A DNA stretch of 64,000 nucleotides. It comes from Clostridiales bacterium (GTDB lineage Bacteria; Bacillota; Clostridia; Oscillospirales; CAG-272). The stretch's first letter is position 1. Each line of letters opens with the position of its first letter. This document shows positions 19,039 to 27,014 of this stretch, in pieces. Below the pieces are notes generated by a model. That model did no database searches. It was not told where the DNA came from and was given only the letters and a program-made list of their open reading frames with translations. Where the stretch lies: NCBI GenBank assembly GCA_022793655.1, contig JAAWDG010000014.1, positions 34,636 to 98,635 on the forward strand. Direction: 5' to 3'. A program made the position numbers and the translations under genes.

Positions 19039-19943
19039 AAAAGCAATTTGATTTTGTAGGCAAAAGAGTGATTCTGTTTATTATTCCGATTGTTTTGATT
19101 GCAGCGGGCATCATCTCTTTCTTTGTGCAGGGCTTTAACTTAGGGCAGGATTTTACCGGCGGTACCTCGGCTACGTATGTACTGCGCAATAAGGAAAATC
19201 AGGATGAAAAGATTGCGGTGACAGACAGCGTGGAAAAAGAACTGATTGCGCTGTATGAGGCAAACGGTGTTTCGGGTGCGAAAGCTTCTGCGAATGCAGA
19301 AGAGGGTTCGATCACCATTAAAACGAACGAACTTTCCACAGAAACACAGCTTCGCGTAAAAGAAGCAGTGGCCGAAGTATATTATATTGACGAAAACGAA
19401 TACCAGTACGAAAATATTTCTGGTAATGTCAGCAAGGACTTAAAGGAAAAAGCCATTATCGGTGTTGTTATCGCTGTTATTCTCATGTTAGTGTATATCA
19501 CTATCCGGTTTGACTGGCGCAGCGGCATTGCAGCTGTGGTCAGCTTGGCACATGATGTGCTGATTATGCTGACGGCTTATACTATTTTGCAGATTCCTAT
19601 GGATTCAAATATGATTGCGGCGATTCTGACGATTCTTGGTTATTCTATCAACGCGACCATTATTGTGTTTGACCGTGTTCGTGAGAACAATCGGTTGTAC
19701 AGCAAAAATTCCTTTGCTGAAAACGCAAATGACGGTGTCAACAAAACCTTTACCCGTTCGCTGAATACAACACTGACGACCCTCTTTACCATTGGCATGA
19801 TCTTTATTTTAGGTCCGTCTTCAATTAAGGCGTTCTCACTACCCATTATTGTGGGTATCATAGCCGGTTTGTATTCTTCGGTTTGCCTGTCCTCAAATCT
19901 TTGGATTTTATTAAAAGGCAAAAAAGCGTTTGCAAAAAAATAA
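19035..19943 (+). CDS. secF: protein translocase subunit SecF
   Basis: LGQDFTGGT motif, C-terminal TM block, and NATIIVFDRVREN. Confidence 0.9.
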   Translation: MKKQFDFVGKRVILFIIPIVLIAAGIISFFVQGFNLGQDFTGGTSATYVLRNKENQDEKIAVTDSVEKELIALYEANGVSGAKASANAEEGSITIKTNELSTETQLRVKEAVAEVYYIDENEYQYENISGNVSKDLKEKAIIGVVIAVILMLVYITIRFDWRSGIAAVVSLAHDVLIMLTAYTILQIPMDSNMIAAILTILGYSINATIIVFDRVRENNRLYSKNSFAENANDGVNKTFTRSLNTTLTTLFTIGMIFILGPSSIKAFSLPIIVGIIAGLYSSVCLSSNLWILLKGKKAFAKK

Positions 19944-19976
19944 GAAACGGCATATTTTTTGATCGTTCATACAAAT

Positions 19977-20016
19977 AAAACCCTTGCGGTAGTTCTGCCG
20001 CAAGGGTTTTATTTGT
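19977..20016. terminator. intrinsic terminator (secDF; usable from both strands)
   Basis: AAAACCCTTGCGG (19977-19989) / CCGCAAGGGTTTT (19998-20010), then ATTTGT. Confidence 0.8.
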
Positions 20017-20025
20017 GTTGCGCAT

Positions 20026-20508
20026 TTAACGATTCAATAGGTAGATGGAAAAATTCAAATAACCGGCAAAAAGCAGCCAAATCAAATAGGGTATCTGCAA
20101 ATAAGCGGCAATCGGCTTTATTTTGCAAAACTCGATGATCATGTAGGCTACCAGCCAAATAAGGACGGCCAGCCATATGAAGGAAAATAGATAGGCATTT
20201 AGATTAAAAAAGAGAATGCCCCAGAAAAAATTGAAAAATAACTGTGTACCATATACCGTCAGCGCATTCTCACCTTTGGTTTTGTCGGTTGTGTAGATCA
20301 TAGCGGCACCAATACCCATTAGAATGTAAAGAATTGGCCAAACAACTCCAAATAGCCATCCAGGCGGGGATAAAGGGGGCTTTTGCAAGTCTTGATAAAG
20401 CCATAGATTATCCTTAATCAATAAGCCTGAAAGCGCCCCTGTGCCCAAAGAAATGGCAAGGGAGACAAGATAGGGCGTAAATTTTCTTTTTTCCATAGAA
20501 ATCTCCAA
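20026..20508 (-). CDS. tspO: TspO/MBR family tryptophan-rich sensory protein
   Basis: Five TM segments. Contains PPGWLFGVVWPILYILMG and the Trp-rich FNFFWGILFF and WLVAY motifs. Confidence 0.8.
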   Translation of the reverse strand: MEISMEKRKFTPYLVSLAISLGTGALSGLLIKDNLWLYQDLQKPPLSPPGWLFGVVWPILYILMGIGAAMIYTTDKTKGENALTVYGTQLFFNFFWGILFFNLNAYLFSFIWLAVLIWLVAYMIIEFCKIKPIAAYLQIPYLIWLLFAGYLNFSIYLLNR

Positions 20509-20578
20509 AATAGCGGCATAACTGTGCTTTGTTTCTGCCTTATCATATTTTTTGCGCTATGCAGTGTAATTTTAAAAA

Positions 20579-20608
20579 GACCATGGCTCTGTTACAGGGG
20601 CCATGGTC
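20579..20608 (-). terminator. intrinsic terminator of the XRE gene (minus strand)
   Basis: GACCATGGC (20579-20587) / GCCATGGTC (20600-20608). On the minus strand it is followed by TTTTT. Confidence 0.6.
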
Positions 20609-20671
20609 CATTATATGCAGCATAGGGGCGTTTCCATACATAGAAGTCGTCAAATTTAATAAGGCGATGAA

Positions 20672-20914
20672 TTAGCCGTTAAATAAGGCGTCATAAGATA
20701 CCTGTAAAATTTTGCTAAGTTCACGTATTTCATAGTCGGTGATCCGACGTTTTTTTGTTTCAATACGTGTGATCATATTTTTATCCATGTCTAACCCGTT
20801 GCGCTGTAAAAATTCGGCAAAATCTCGCTGTGACATATCCATTTTTAATCGAATGTTACGAATATTGAAGCCAATTAAGTTTTTATTTTCTGTTTTTGTT
20901 GTCGAATTTGACAT
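20672..20914 (-). CDS. XRE-family helix-turn-helix transcriptional regulator (paralog 1)
   Basis: 80 aa. IRNIRLKMDMSQRDFAEFLQ...ITRIETKKRRITDYEIRELSKILQVSYDALF is a Cro/C1-type HTH. Confidence 0.8.
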   Translation of the reverse strand: MSNSTTKTENKNLIGFNIRNIRLKMDMSQRDFAEFLQRNGLDMDKNMITRIETKKRRITDYEIRELSKILQVSYDALFNG

Positions 20915-20936
20915 TTTTTTTCCCTCTTTCTTAATT

Positions 20937-21010
20937 TTGTCTCATTTTTTGCAATTTTTACTTGATTTTATCATGCGCTTATGGTATAATCGGTTGTAGA
21001 AATGAGACAA
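20937..21010. promoter_or_regulatory. putative operator pair upstream of XRE paralog 1
   Basis: Perfect 11-bp inverted repeat TTGTCTCATTT (20937-20947) / AAATGAGACAA (21000-21010). It brackets extended -10 like elements on both strands (TGATAAAAT on the minus strand, TATAAT on the + strand). Confidence 0.45.
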
Positions 21011-21011
21011 G

Positions 21012-21302
21012 TTACGTTTGCTTTTCATCATTTCCATCAATCAAATATTGATAAGAGACCTTGAAAAAACTGCATAAAGCCTTTATTTCAATATCTGTGA
21101 CAAAGCGTTCGTTATTTTCGATGCGCGTAATTATATTTCGGTCAATATCATAGCCGCAGAGTTGCAGTTTGGCTGCTAAAGCGCGCTGTGATAGTTTGTG
21201 CTTTGTGCGCAGTTCCAGGAGGCGGTCGCTGATTAAGTTTTTGTTTCCGTCTTCAGCACGCAGTCTGGCTGTGTTGTGTTTTTTCTTGTTCATTTTTAAC
21301 AC
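21012..21302 (-). CDS. XRE-family helix-turn-helix transcriptional regulator (paralog 2)
   Basis: 96 aa. LLELRTKHKLSQRALAAKLQ...ITRIENNERFVTDIEIKALCSFFKVSYQYLI aligns position for position with paralog 1. Confidence 0.8.
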   Translation of the reverse strand: MLKMNKKKHNTARLRAEDGNKNLISDRLLELRTKHKLSQRALAAKLQLCGYDIDRNIITRIENNERFVTDIEIKALCSFFKVSYQYLIDGNDEKQT

Positions 21303-21321
21303 CTCTTATTTTTTGATTTAT

Positions 21322-21394
21322 TTGGCTCATAATTAGCACCACTACTAATATATTAATTTATTTTTTATTTTAGTCGGTTGTAAAAGTGAGACAA
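21322..21394. promoter_or_regulatory. putative operator pair in the divergent XRE / AbrB-like intergenic region
   Basis: TTGGCTCATAA (21322-21332) and AAGTGAGACAA (21384-21394) have the same ~62-bp spacing as at 20937/21000. The 20-nt CGGTTGTAAAAGTGAGACAA (21375-21394) repeats 20991-21010 with 2 differences. Confidence 0.4.
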
Positions 21395-21423
21395 AAATAA
21401 ATTTTAGATGGTAGGGTCCAATA

Positions 21424-21690
21424 ATGATGTTGCGGATTTTGTGGATTGATAAGTTCGGACGCGTTTATTTGCCTGAAGATATACGAGAAACTTATCATTT
21501 ATATAAAGAAACTTATCTCGCGCTGCTTGAGGGCGAGGAAAATAGCCTTGTGCTTCGTTCCTACAAACCGGTATGTACGGTTTGCGGTTCAGACAAGGAT
21601 GTATCAATTTATAATAATACACCTTTTTGCGGAAAATGTTTGCGGAAACTTGACGTAATGCCTCCGCTTGAGAAAATTAAAGACGAATAA
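21424..21690 (+). CDS. AbrB/SpoVT-like DNA-binding protein with a C-terminal CxxC...CxxC zinc ribbon
   Basis: IDKFGRVYLPEDIRETYHL...SLVLRS fits the looped-hinge AbrB/MazE pattern. It is followed by CTVCGS...FCGKC. Confidence 0.6.
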   Translation: MMLRILWIDKFGRVYLPEDIRETYHLYKETYLALLEGEENSLVLRSYKPVCTVCGSDKDVSIYNNTPFCGKCLRKLDVMPPLEKIKDE

Positions 21691-21716
21691 AAACAAATTT
21701 TGTTTGACCAAGGGTA

Positions 21717-21756
21717 AAAGAGTAGACTTCTGATTTGAAGCCTACTCTTTTTAATT
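21717..21756 (+). terminator. intrinsic terminator
   Basis: AAAGAGTAG (21718-21726) / CTACTCTTT (21742-21750) with an inner CTTC/GAAG stem, followed by TTTAATTT. Confidence 0.6.
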
Positions 21757-22012
21757 TCCATTTTTAGGTACATATTCCAAAATAAGGTATATAGGTTATA
21801 TTTATTTGTTTTTTTGTTATTATAAATTGTATTGGGAAAACAAAAACGCGCGAAGATCACCCTAAATTGCCCGAATCACCAATTGATGGAATCGGTACTT
21901 TTTAAAAAGATACGAATAAATAAAATTAATACCGTAAAAATATAATGATAATGCGGAATTTGTCGAATTGAAAGTTGAGTTTTGCAAAAATTATTATACG
22001 TAGCGTCTCCAA

Positions 22013-22046
22013 TATTTGAAAAAATGAGCAATTATTTGCTCATTTT
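22013..22046 (-). terminator. intrinsic terminator of yihY (the stop codon lies inside the hairpin)
   Basis: AAAATGAGCAA (22021-22031) / TTGCTCATTTT (22036-22046). On the minus strand the stem is followed by TTTTTT. Confidence 0.65.
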
Positions 22047-22856
22047 CCAGATGTTGTATGGTATGGTTTCTTTTGCGCGCGAGGCATTAATTTCGGCTGC
22101 TAACAAAGTAATATACATACAGAAATAGAGCCATAACATAATAAATACGACTGCCGTAATGGAACCGTATATGAGCGAAAAATTGCTGAAATGATTAATA
22201 TAATAAGAATAGATGGCGCTGAACGCAACCCAGCCAAAGGCGGCAATGACAGCGCCTGGCAGCTCGTTTGAAAAGGTGGATTTTCGGTTGGGCAGCGCTT
22301 TAAAGATAGTGAGAAAGAATAAAATAAATACCAATAAACCGATGATATAGCGAAAGCTTGATAAATAGATCACCCATGGCAGATAATTCTCTAACCATAT
22401 GAAAAGGTTGTTGCCAAAGATGATTAAGATCATACTGCCGGCAATGACAAGAATGAATACGATTGTGTAAAAAATAGACATGGCGCGTACTTCAACAAGG
22501 TTTCTTGTTTCACGCACGTTATAGACTTGGTTTAACCCGCAGATCAATGAATAAACCGCTTTCGAGGCCGACCATACAGCGGCGATCGCGGTTACCGAAA
22601 TCAGTCCTCTGTTTGTGTTAAACACTTCGTCAATCATGGGTTTGAGCATGGTGGTCACTGATTCAGGCATTAATATGTTCACATAATTGGAAATATCCGC
22701 AGCCGAAAAGGGCAGGAATTGAATCAGCGTGAGCAGCAGCATTAAAAAAGGGAAAAAAGAGACAATGACAAAGAAAGCGGCGTAGGCGGCATAAGCGCCA
22801 ACCGCGTCGTCTGCACATTTTTTGAAAAAAATAAGAATCTTTTCAATTTGTTTGAT
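22032..22856 (-). CDS. yihY: YihY/BrkB family inner-membrane protein (N-terminus requires a non-canonical start)
   Basis: The multi-TM YihY-like sequence is annotated from a proposed ATC start (22856-22854) preceded by GAGGTG. The first in-frame ATG is at 22742, but the upstream 40 in-frame codons encode IKQIEKILIFFKKCADDAVGAYAAYAAFFVIVSFFPFL, the conserved YihY N-terminus and first TM. Confidence 0.6.
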   Translation of the reverse strand: MKQIEKILIFFKKCADDAVGAYAAYAAFFVIVSFFPFLMLLLTLIQFLPFSAADISNYVNILMPESVTTMLKPMIDEVFNTNRGLISVTAIAAVWSASKAVYSLICGLNQVYNVRETRNLVEVRAMSIFYTIVFILVIAGSMILIIFGNNLFIWLENYLPWVIYLSSFRYIIGLLVFILFFLTIFKALPNRKSTFSNELPGAVIAAFGWVAFSAIYSYYINHFSNFSLIYGSITAVVFIMLWLYFCMYITLLAAEINASRAKETIPYNIWKMSK

Positions 22857-22862
22857 TGTCGC

Positions 22863-23960
22863 TCACCTCGTCTCCCTGGGAACTCGCTTTCCGACGATAC
22901 AGGTTACCTCATAGTTGATGGTATTTGCCGCGGCAGCAAAGACGTCGGCGCTTTGTTCGGCGCCGAAAATGCAAACCTCATCGCCTATTTGACAGTCGAT
23001 GCCTGTTATATCAATCATGCATTGATCCATGCATATTCTGCCCAAAATTTTTGCAAATTTACCATGTACATACACGCCGCAATCTTTCGCATAGGTGCGG
23101 ATAAGCCCATCATCGTATCCGATAGGCAGGGTGGCGATTGTTTTTGGCTCTGCCGGACTGTAATCACCGCCATAGCTAACGGCTTCGCCAACCGTAATGG
23201 TGTGAATATGCACGATTTTTGTTTTTAAGGACATGACAGGCATAAGGCCAATATCCGGTACATCTTGGCTTGGCCGTAACCCATATAAAATGATACCGCA
23301 CCGCACTGCGTCCAAATGCATGTTCGGATATTGAATCGCCGCGGCTGAGTTGCACACATGCCGTATGGGTATGTGGATGCCGGCTTGTTTAAGACGGTTA
23401 TCAAAAGCGCAAAAGCGTTCAAACTGCTGGTTGGTGGCTGCAGGGTCAGCTTCATCGGCCCTGGCAAAATGGGTGTAGAGACCATCGGCGTGCAGGTGCG
23501 GCAACCCCGCTGCGCAAATTGCTTCGCTGCATCCGTTTTCATCCGCGCGGAATCCTAAACGATTCATGCCGGTATCCACTTTTAGGTGGATGGAAAGTTC
23601 ACCTTTTAGGTTGGCTGAAAGAGCCTTGGCATAAGAAAGTGAAAAAACCGTTTGTGTGATTTGATGCTGTCTGAGTATTTCAGCATGCTTCGGGTCGGTA
23701 TAACCGAGAATGAGAAGCATAGAATCAGGCACGGCCTCGCGAAGGGCCAATGCTTCGTCTAAATTCGAGACAGCAAAGTGCCTCGCCCCTAATGCATGGT
23801 AAATTTCCGCACAAGTGAGCGCGCCGTGGCCGTAACCGTCTGCTTTTAATACGCAGATGATCGCGGCGTTCGAGTTATTTTTTTGTATATGGTTTTGAAT
23901 GGTAAGATAATTTTGTTTAATGGCTGTCTTGTCGATAATCGCCTTTGTTACGTGGTACAT
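22863..23960 (-). CDS. alr: alanine racemase
   Basis: VLKADGYGHGA PLP-lysine motif plus the YGG and GRICMDQCMID C-terminal domain. ATG 23960 is preferred over 23996 (GAAAGG upstream, typical N-terminus). Confidence 0.9.
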   Translation of the reverse strand: MYHVTKAIIDKTAIKQNYLTIQNHIQKNNSNAAIICVLKADGYGHGALTCAEIYHALGARHFAVSNLDEALALREAVPDSMLLILGYTDPKHAEILRQHQITQTVFSLSYAKALSANLKGELSIHLKVDTGMNRLGFRADENGCSEAICAAGLPHLHADGLYTHFARADEADPAATNQQFERFCAFDNRLKQAGIHIPIRHVCNSAAAIQYPNMHLDAVRCGIILYGLRPSQDVPDIGLMPVMSLKTKIVHIHTITVGEAVSYGGDYSPAEPKTIATLPIGYDDGLIRTYAKDCGVYVHGKFAKILGRICMDQCMIDITGIDCQIGDEVCIFGAEQSADVFAAAANTINYEVTCIVGKRVPRETR

Positions 23961-24030
23961 AAAATGCCTTTCGGTACTTGTAAATGAAAAGTACAATGCG
24001 GAACTTTAGGGTGGTTCACCATTTGTCCGC

Positions 24031-24561
24031 TTAGGATGGATAGGTAATTTGTATATCAGATAAAACAGCTTCAAACCCGTTTGTTTCACCGGTGATTTGT
24101 ATGGGCAGGCCGTTTTCATCGAGCAAAACAACGGCGCGTAGCTGTTTGTTTTCATAGAGTTGTTTGGTAACGCTTTTATCCTCAAAATGATCCGGAGCAG
24201 CAGAGGTCAGCATAGTATAATCAAGCAGAAAAAAACGAGCGAGCGCCAGACTACCAAGGCAGGCCTCCCCTTCTGTGATGGGAATGCGGGTATCGCCAAA
24301 GCAAAGGTAAGGTTCATTTTGCTGCAATTCATAAGAAACACCTTTCATGGCCGAAGGCTCTGCATAGGTGACAGCGTAGTTTTCCGAATCGGTAATGCAA
24401 ATAGTAATGCGTGCCTCGCCATTGTCATTTGAAAGAGCCGCTTCAATGGTCATAGGCGTGCGCTGATATGCCAATATATCTTGTTTTTCTGCTGAAGAGG
24501 AGCAGCCGGCTAAAAGAAGCAGTGCCGCTGCCATCATAAGTATAAATGTGTTCTTTTTCAT
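24031..24561 (-). CDS. lipoprotein, function unknown
   Basis: MKKNTFILMMAAALLLLAGCSSS signal peptide with a lipobox. Confidence 0.6.
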   Translation of the reverse strand: MKKNTFILMMAAALLLLAGCSSSAEKQDILAYQRTPMTIEAALSNDNGEARITICITDSENYAVTYAEPSAMKGVSYELQQNEPYLCFGDTRIPITEGEACLGSLALARFFLLDYTMLTSAAPDHFEDKSVTKQLYENKQLRAVVLLDENGLPIQITGETNGFEAVLSDIQITYPS

Positions 24562-24665
24562 ATGATTTTCTCCCATTTTGATGAAATAGTCATCAAGATC
24601 ATCTTGGTTTTATCATATGAAATGTGAGAATTAGATAGTACAAAAGTATAATTTTCAAAGAAACC

Positions 24666-24926
24666 CTAAGAGCAAATCATAGATTTGCTCTTAGTTATAC
24701 TACAAAATTTCCGCAAACCGAAAGTTTGCCGGTTCCGGCAAAGCCGGAATGGCGCTTGCAAAAGCGCAAAGGTAAACTTTCTAAGAGGAAACCATATGGT
24801 TTCCTCTTATTTATACGAAAACGATTCACTGAACTGGAAATTATGCGGTTCTGCCTATCGGCAGAATGCCGTTTGTGAAAACGGCAAGTGTAATTTCCTA
24901 AGAGCAAATCATAGATTTGCTCTTAT
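24666..24926 (+). repeat. tandem array A of the structured repeat family (hairpin, junction, hairpin, junction, hairpin)
   Basis: Hairpins at 24666-24694, 24781-24810 and 24898-24926 (the first and last share 28 identical nt). Junctions are closed by AAAGTTTGCC/GGTAAACTTT (24721-24780) and GGAAATTATG/TGTAATTTCC (24836-24898). Each encloses two hairpins. Confidence 0.7.
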
Positions 24927-24988
24927 TTTACCACACCAAAGCTAAAAACACAAGGCAGTAAAAAGTTCAAATAATCTTGGACAGACTC

Positions 24989-25017
24989 TTGAAAAAAGGG
25001 GCGAGTTGTTGTATAAT
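24989..25017 (+). promoter_or_regulatory. near-consensus sigma-A promoter (ACT/UPF0210/V-ATPase cluster)
   Basis: TTGAAA (24989-24994), 17-nt spacer, TATAAT (25012-25017). Confidence 0.6.
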
Positions 25018-25050
25018 ATCTCATTAATGAAACGAAACGAGGAGACAGGA

Positions 25051-25320
25051 ATGAAAGCTGTAATTACCGTAATTGGTAAAGATAATAAAGGGATCATTGC
25101 AAAGGTTTCGTCAGAATGTTTTTCATGGGGCGGCAACATCAGTGATATTTCGCAAAGCGTTATGAAAGAGTATTTTGCCATGATTATGTTAGTGGATATA
25201 GCGGGTCTCACCATTCCATTTACTGAGTTTGTCGAAAAGATGGAAGCGCTTGGACGCGAAAACGGCCTTGAGATCGTCACGATGCATGAGGATATTTTCA
25301 ATTCCATGCATAAGATATGA
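25051..25320 (+). CDS. ACT-domain protein (UPF0237 family)
   Basis: ATG 25051 follows GGAGACAGGA. MKAVITVIGKDNKGIIAKVS is the typical UPF0237 ACT start. It is paired with a UPF0210 gene, as in many Firmicutes. Confidence 0.8.
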   Translation: MKAVITVIGKDNKGIIAKVSSECFSWGGNISDISQSVMKEYFAMIMLVDIAGLTIPFTEFVEKMEALGRENGLEIVTMHEDIFNSMHKI

Positions 25321-25329
25321 GGGTGAGCC

Positions 25330-26694
25330 ATGCCGATGTTTAATATGAATGATATTTTAGAGACGATCAATATGCTCAAGGAAGAGAATTTAGATATCCG
25401 CACCATCACGATGGGTATTTCTCTTTTCGATTGTGTTTCGGATGATGAAAATGTCCTGGCAGAACGTATATATGACAAGATCACCCGTAAGGCAGAGCAG
25501 TTAGTCCGCACAGGCGAGACCATTGAAAAAGAATATGGCATTCCGATTGTCAATAAAAGAGTGTCTGTAACCCCTATTTCGCTGGTGGGCGGCGGCGCCT
25601 CCCCGGCGGGATATGTCAAGATCGCGAAGGCTATGGACAGAGCGGCCGATACACTGGGCATTAACTTTATCGGTGGGTTCGGCGCGCTTGTGCAGAAAGG
25701 CATGACGACCGGCGCGAGGGCGCTGATCGAGGCAATTCCACAGGCCTTGTCTGAAACAGAGCGGGTTTGTTCCAGCGTGAACGTAGCTTCTACCAAAGCG
25801 GGCATTAATATGGATGCTATCAAGCAGGTGGGCGGTGTGATTAAAAGGCTCGCCTATTTAACAAAAGATAAAGATTCAATCGGCTGCGCAAAATTTGTTG
25901 TGTTTGCCAACGTGCCGGAGGATAATCCATTTATGGCCGGTGCCTTTCATGGCATGGGCGAGCCCGAGTGCGTGATTAACGTAGGGGTCTCTGGCCCGGG
26001 TGTAGTTGCCGCTGCGGTTCGGCGTGCCGGCGATTGTGATTTAAGCAAACTGGCTGAGGTCATTAAAAAAACTGCGTTTAAAATTACCCGTATGGGTCAG
26101 TTGGTGGCCACCGAGGCGTCAAAACGCTTAGGGGTGCCGTTTGGTATAGTGGATCTTTCACTGGCGCCAACCCCGCAAGTGGGCGATTCGGTTGCCCATA
26201 TTTTAGAGGCCATGGGCTTAGAGACAACCGGTTGCTTTGGTACCACGGCCTGCCTTGCTATGTTAAATGATGCCGTGAAAAAAGGCGGCGTTATGGCGTC
26301 CGGCCATGTGGGGGGACTTTCAGGTGCTTTTATTCCGGTTTCAGAGGACGCCGGCATGATCGATGCCGTGCGATGCGGCTCTTTACCGCTTGAAAAGTTA
26401 GAGGCCATGACAGCCGTTTGCTCGGTTGGGCTTGATATGATTGCCGTGCCGGGCGATACGCCCGAGGCGGTGCTTTGCGGCATTATTGCCGATGAAATAT
26501 CAATTGGTGTGGCGAATACCAAGACAACCGCCGTGCGGGTGATTCCGGCCTATGGCAAAAAGGCGGGCGATGAAATCAATTTCGGCGGACTCTTGGGGCA
26601 TGCACCGGTTATGAATATAAATATGAGATCACCAGAAACCTTTATATCGCGCGGTGGAAGAATTCCCGCGCCGATACATTCATTAAAGAACTAA
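25330..26694 (+). CDS. UPF0210 (DUF711, PFL-like) family protein
   Basis: [26 protein letters not shown]-terminus, 454 aa, directly downstream of the ACT partner. Confidence 0.8.
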   Translation: MPMFNMNDILETINMLKEENLDIRTITMGISLFDCVSDDENVLAERIYDKITRKAEQLVRTGETIEKEYGIPIVNKRVSVTPISLVGGGASPAGYVKIAKAMDRAADTLGINFIGGFGALVQKGMTTGARALIEAIPQALSETERVCSSVNVASTKAGINMDAIKQVGGVIKRLAYLTKDKDSIGCAKFVVFANVPEDNPFMAGAFHGMGEPECVINVGVSGPGVVAAAVRRAGDCDLSKLAEVIKKTAFKITRMGQLVATEASKRLGVPFGIVDLSLAPTPQVGDSVAHILEAMGLETTGCFGTTACLAMLNDAVKKGGVMASGHVGGLSGAFIPVSEDAGMIDAVRCGSLPLEKLEAMTAVCSVGLDMIAVPGDTPEAVLCGIIADEISIGVANTKTTAVRVIPAYGKKAGDEINFGGLLGHAPVMNINMRSPETFISRGGRIPAPIHSLKN

Positions 26695-27014
26695 TGGAAA
26701 ATATATTAAATCGAATTATTGATATCGAACATAGAGCGCAGCAAATTGTTTCGCAGGCAAGCGCCGCCAAAGCGCTGCTGCCTGAGCAGATCAAAACCGC
26801 CCTTCATGAATATCATGAGGAAATGGAGCAAACCTCATCACGTGAGTTTGAGGCTGTTCAGCAAAAGGAAAACGAGCGAATGAATGCGGCCTTGCAAACC
26901 TTGTTCGATCAGTGCGAAAAAGATAAAGAGCGTCTGTGCCGTGCCTATGAAAAGCATGGCGAGGAATGGGTGCAGGCATTGTATGAGAGAGTAACTGGCC
27001 ATGGCGGGCTATGA
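26694..27014 (+). CDS. small coiled-coil protein, probable V-type ATPase peripheral-stalk subunit (G/H-like)
   Basis: 106-aa charged helical protein. TAATG overlap with the upstream gene and a 14-nt overlap with ntpC. Confidence 0.4.
   Translation: MENILNRIIDIEHRAQQIVSQASAAKALLPEQIKTALHEYHEEMEQTSSREFEAVQQKENERMNAALQTLFDQCEKDKERLCRAYEKHGEEWVQALYERVTGHGGL

Noticed and set aside
20962-20990. + strand promoter-like TTGATT, 17-nt spacer, TATAAT that would read antisense into XRE paralog 2.
   Set aside because: It may simply be the mirror image of the AT-rich minus-strand promoter region of XRE paralog 1. It has no downstream + strand gene, so it is kept only as part of the operator-region description.
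24666-24926. Possible CRISPR array, because of regularly spaced hairpin-forming repeats (also at 40541-40850).
   Set aside because: The conserved parts are only short flanks (CTAAGA/TCTTAT, AAAGTTTA/TAAACTTT), and the supposed repeats themselves vary through compensatory changes. The intervening segments are structured and related to each other rather than being unique spacers. No cas genes are present.
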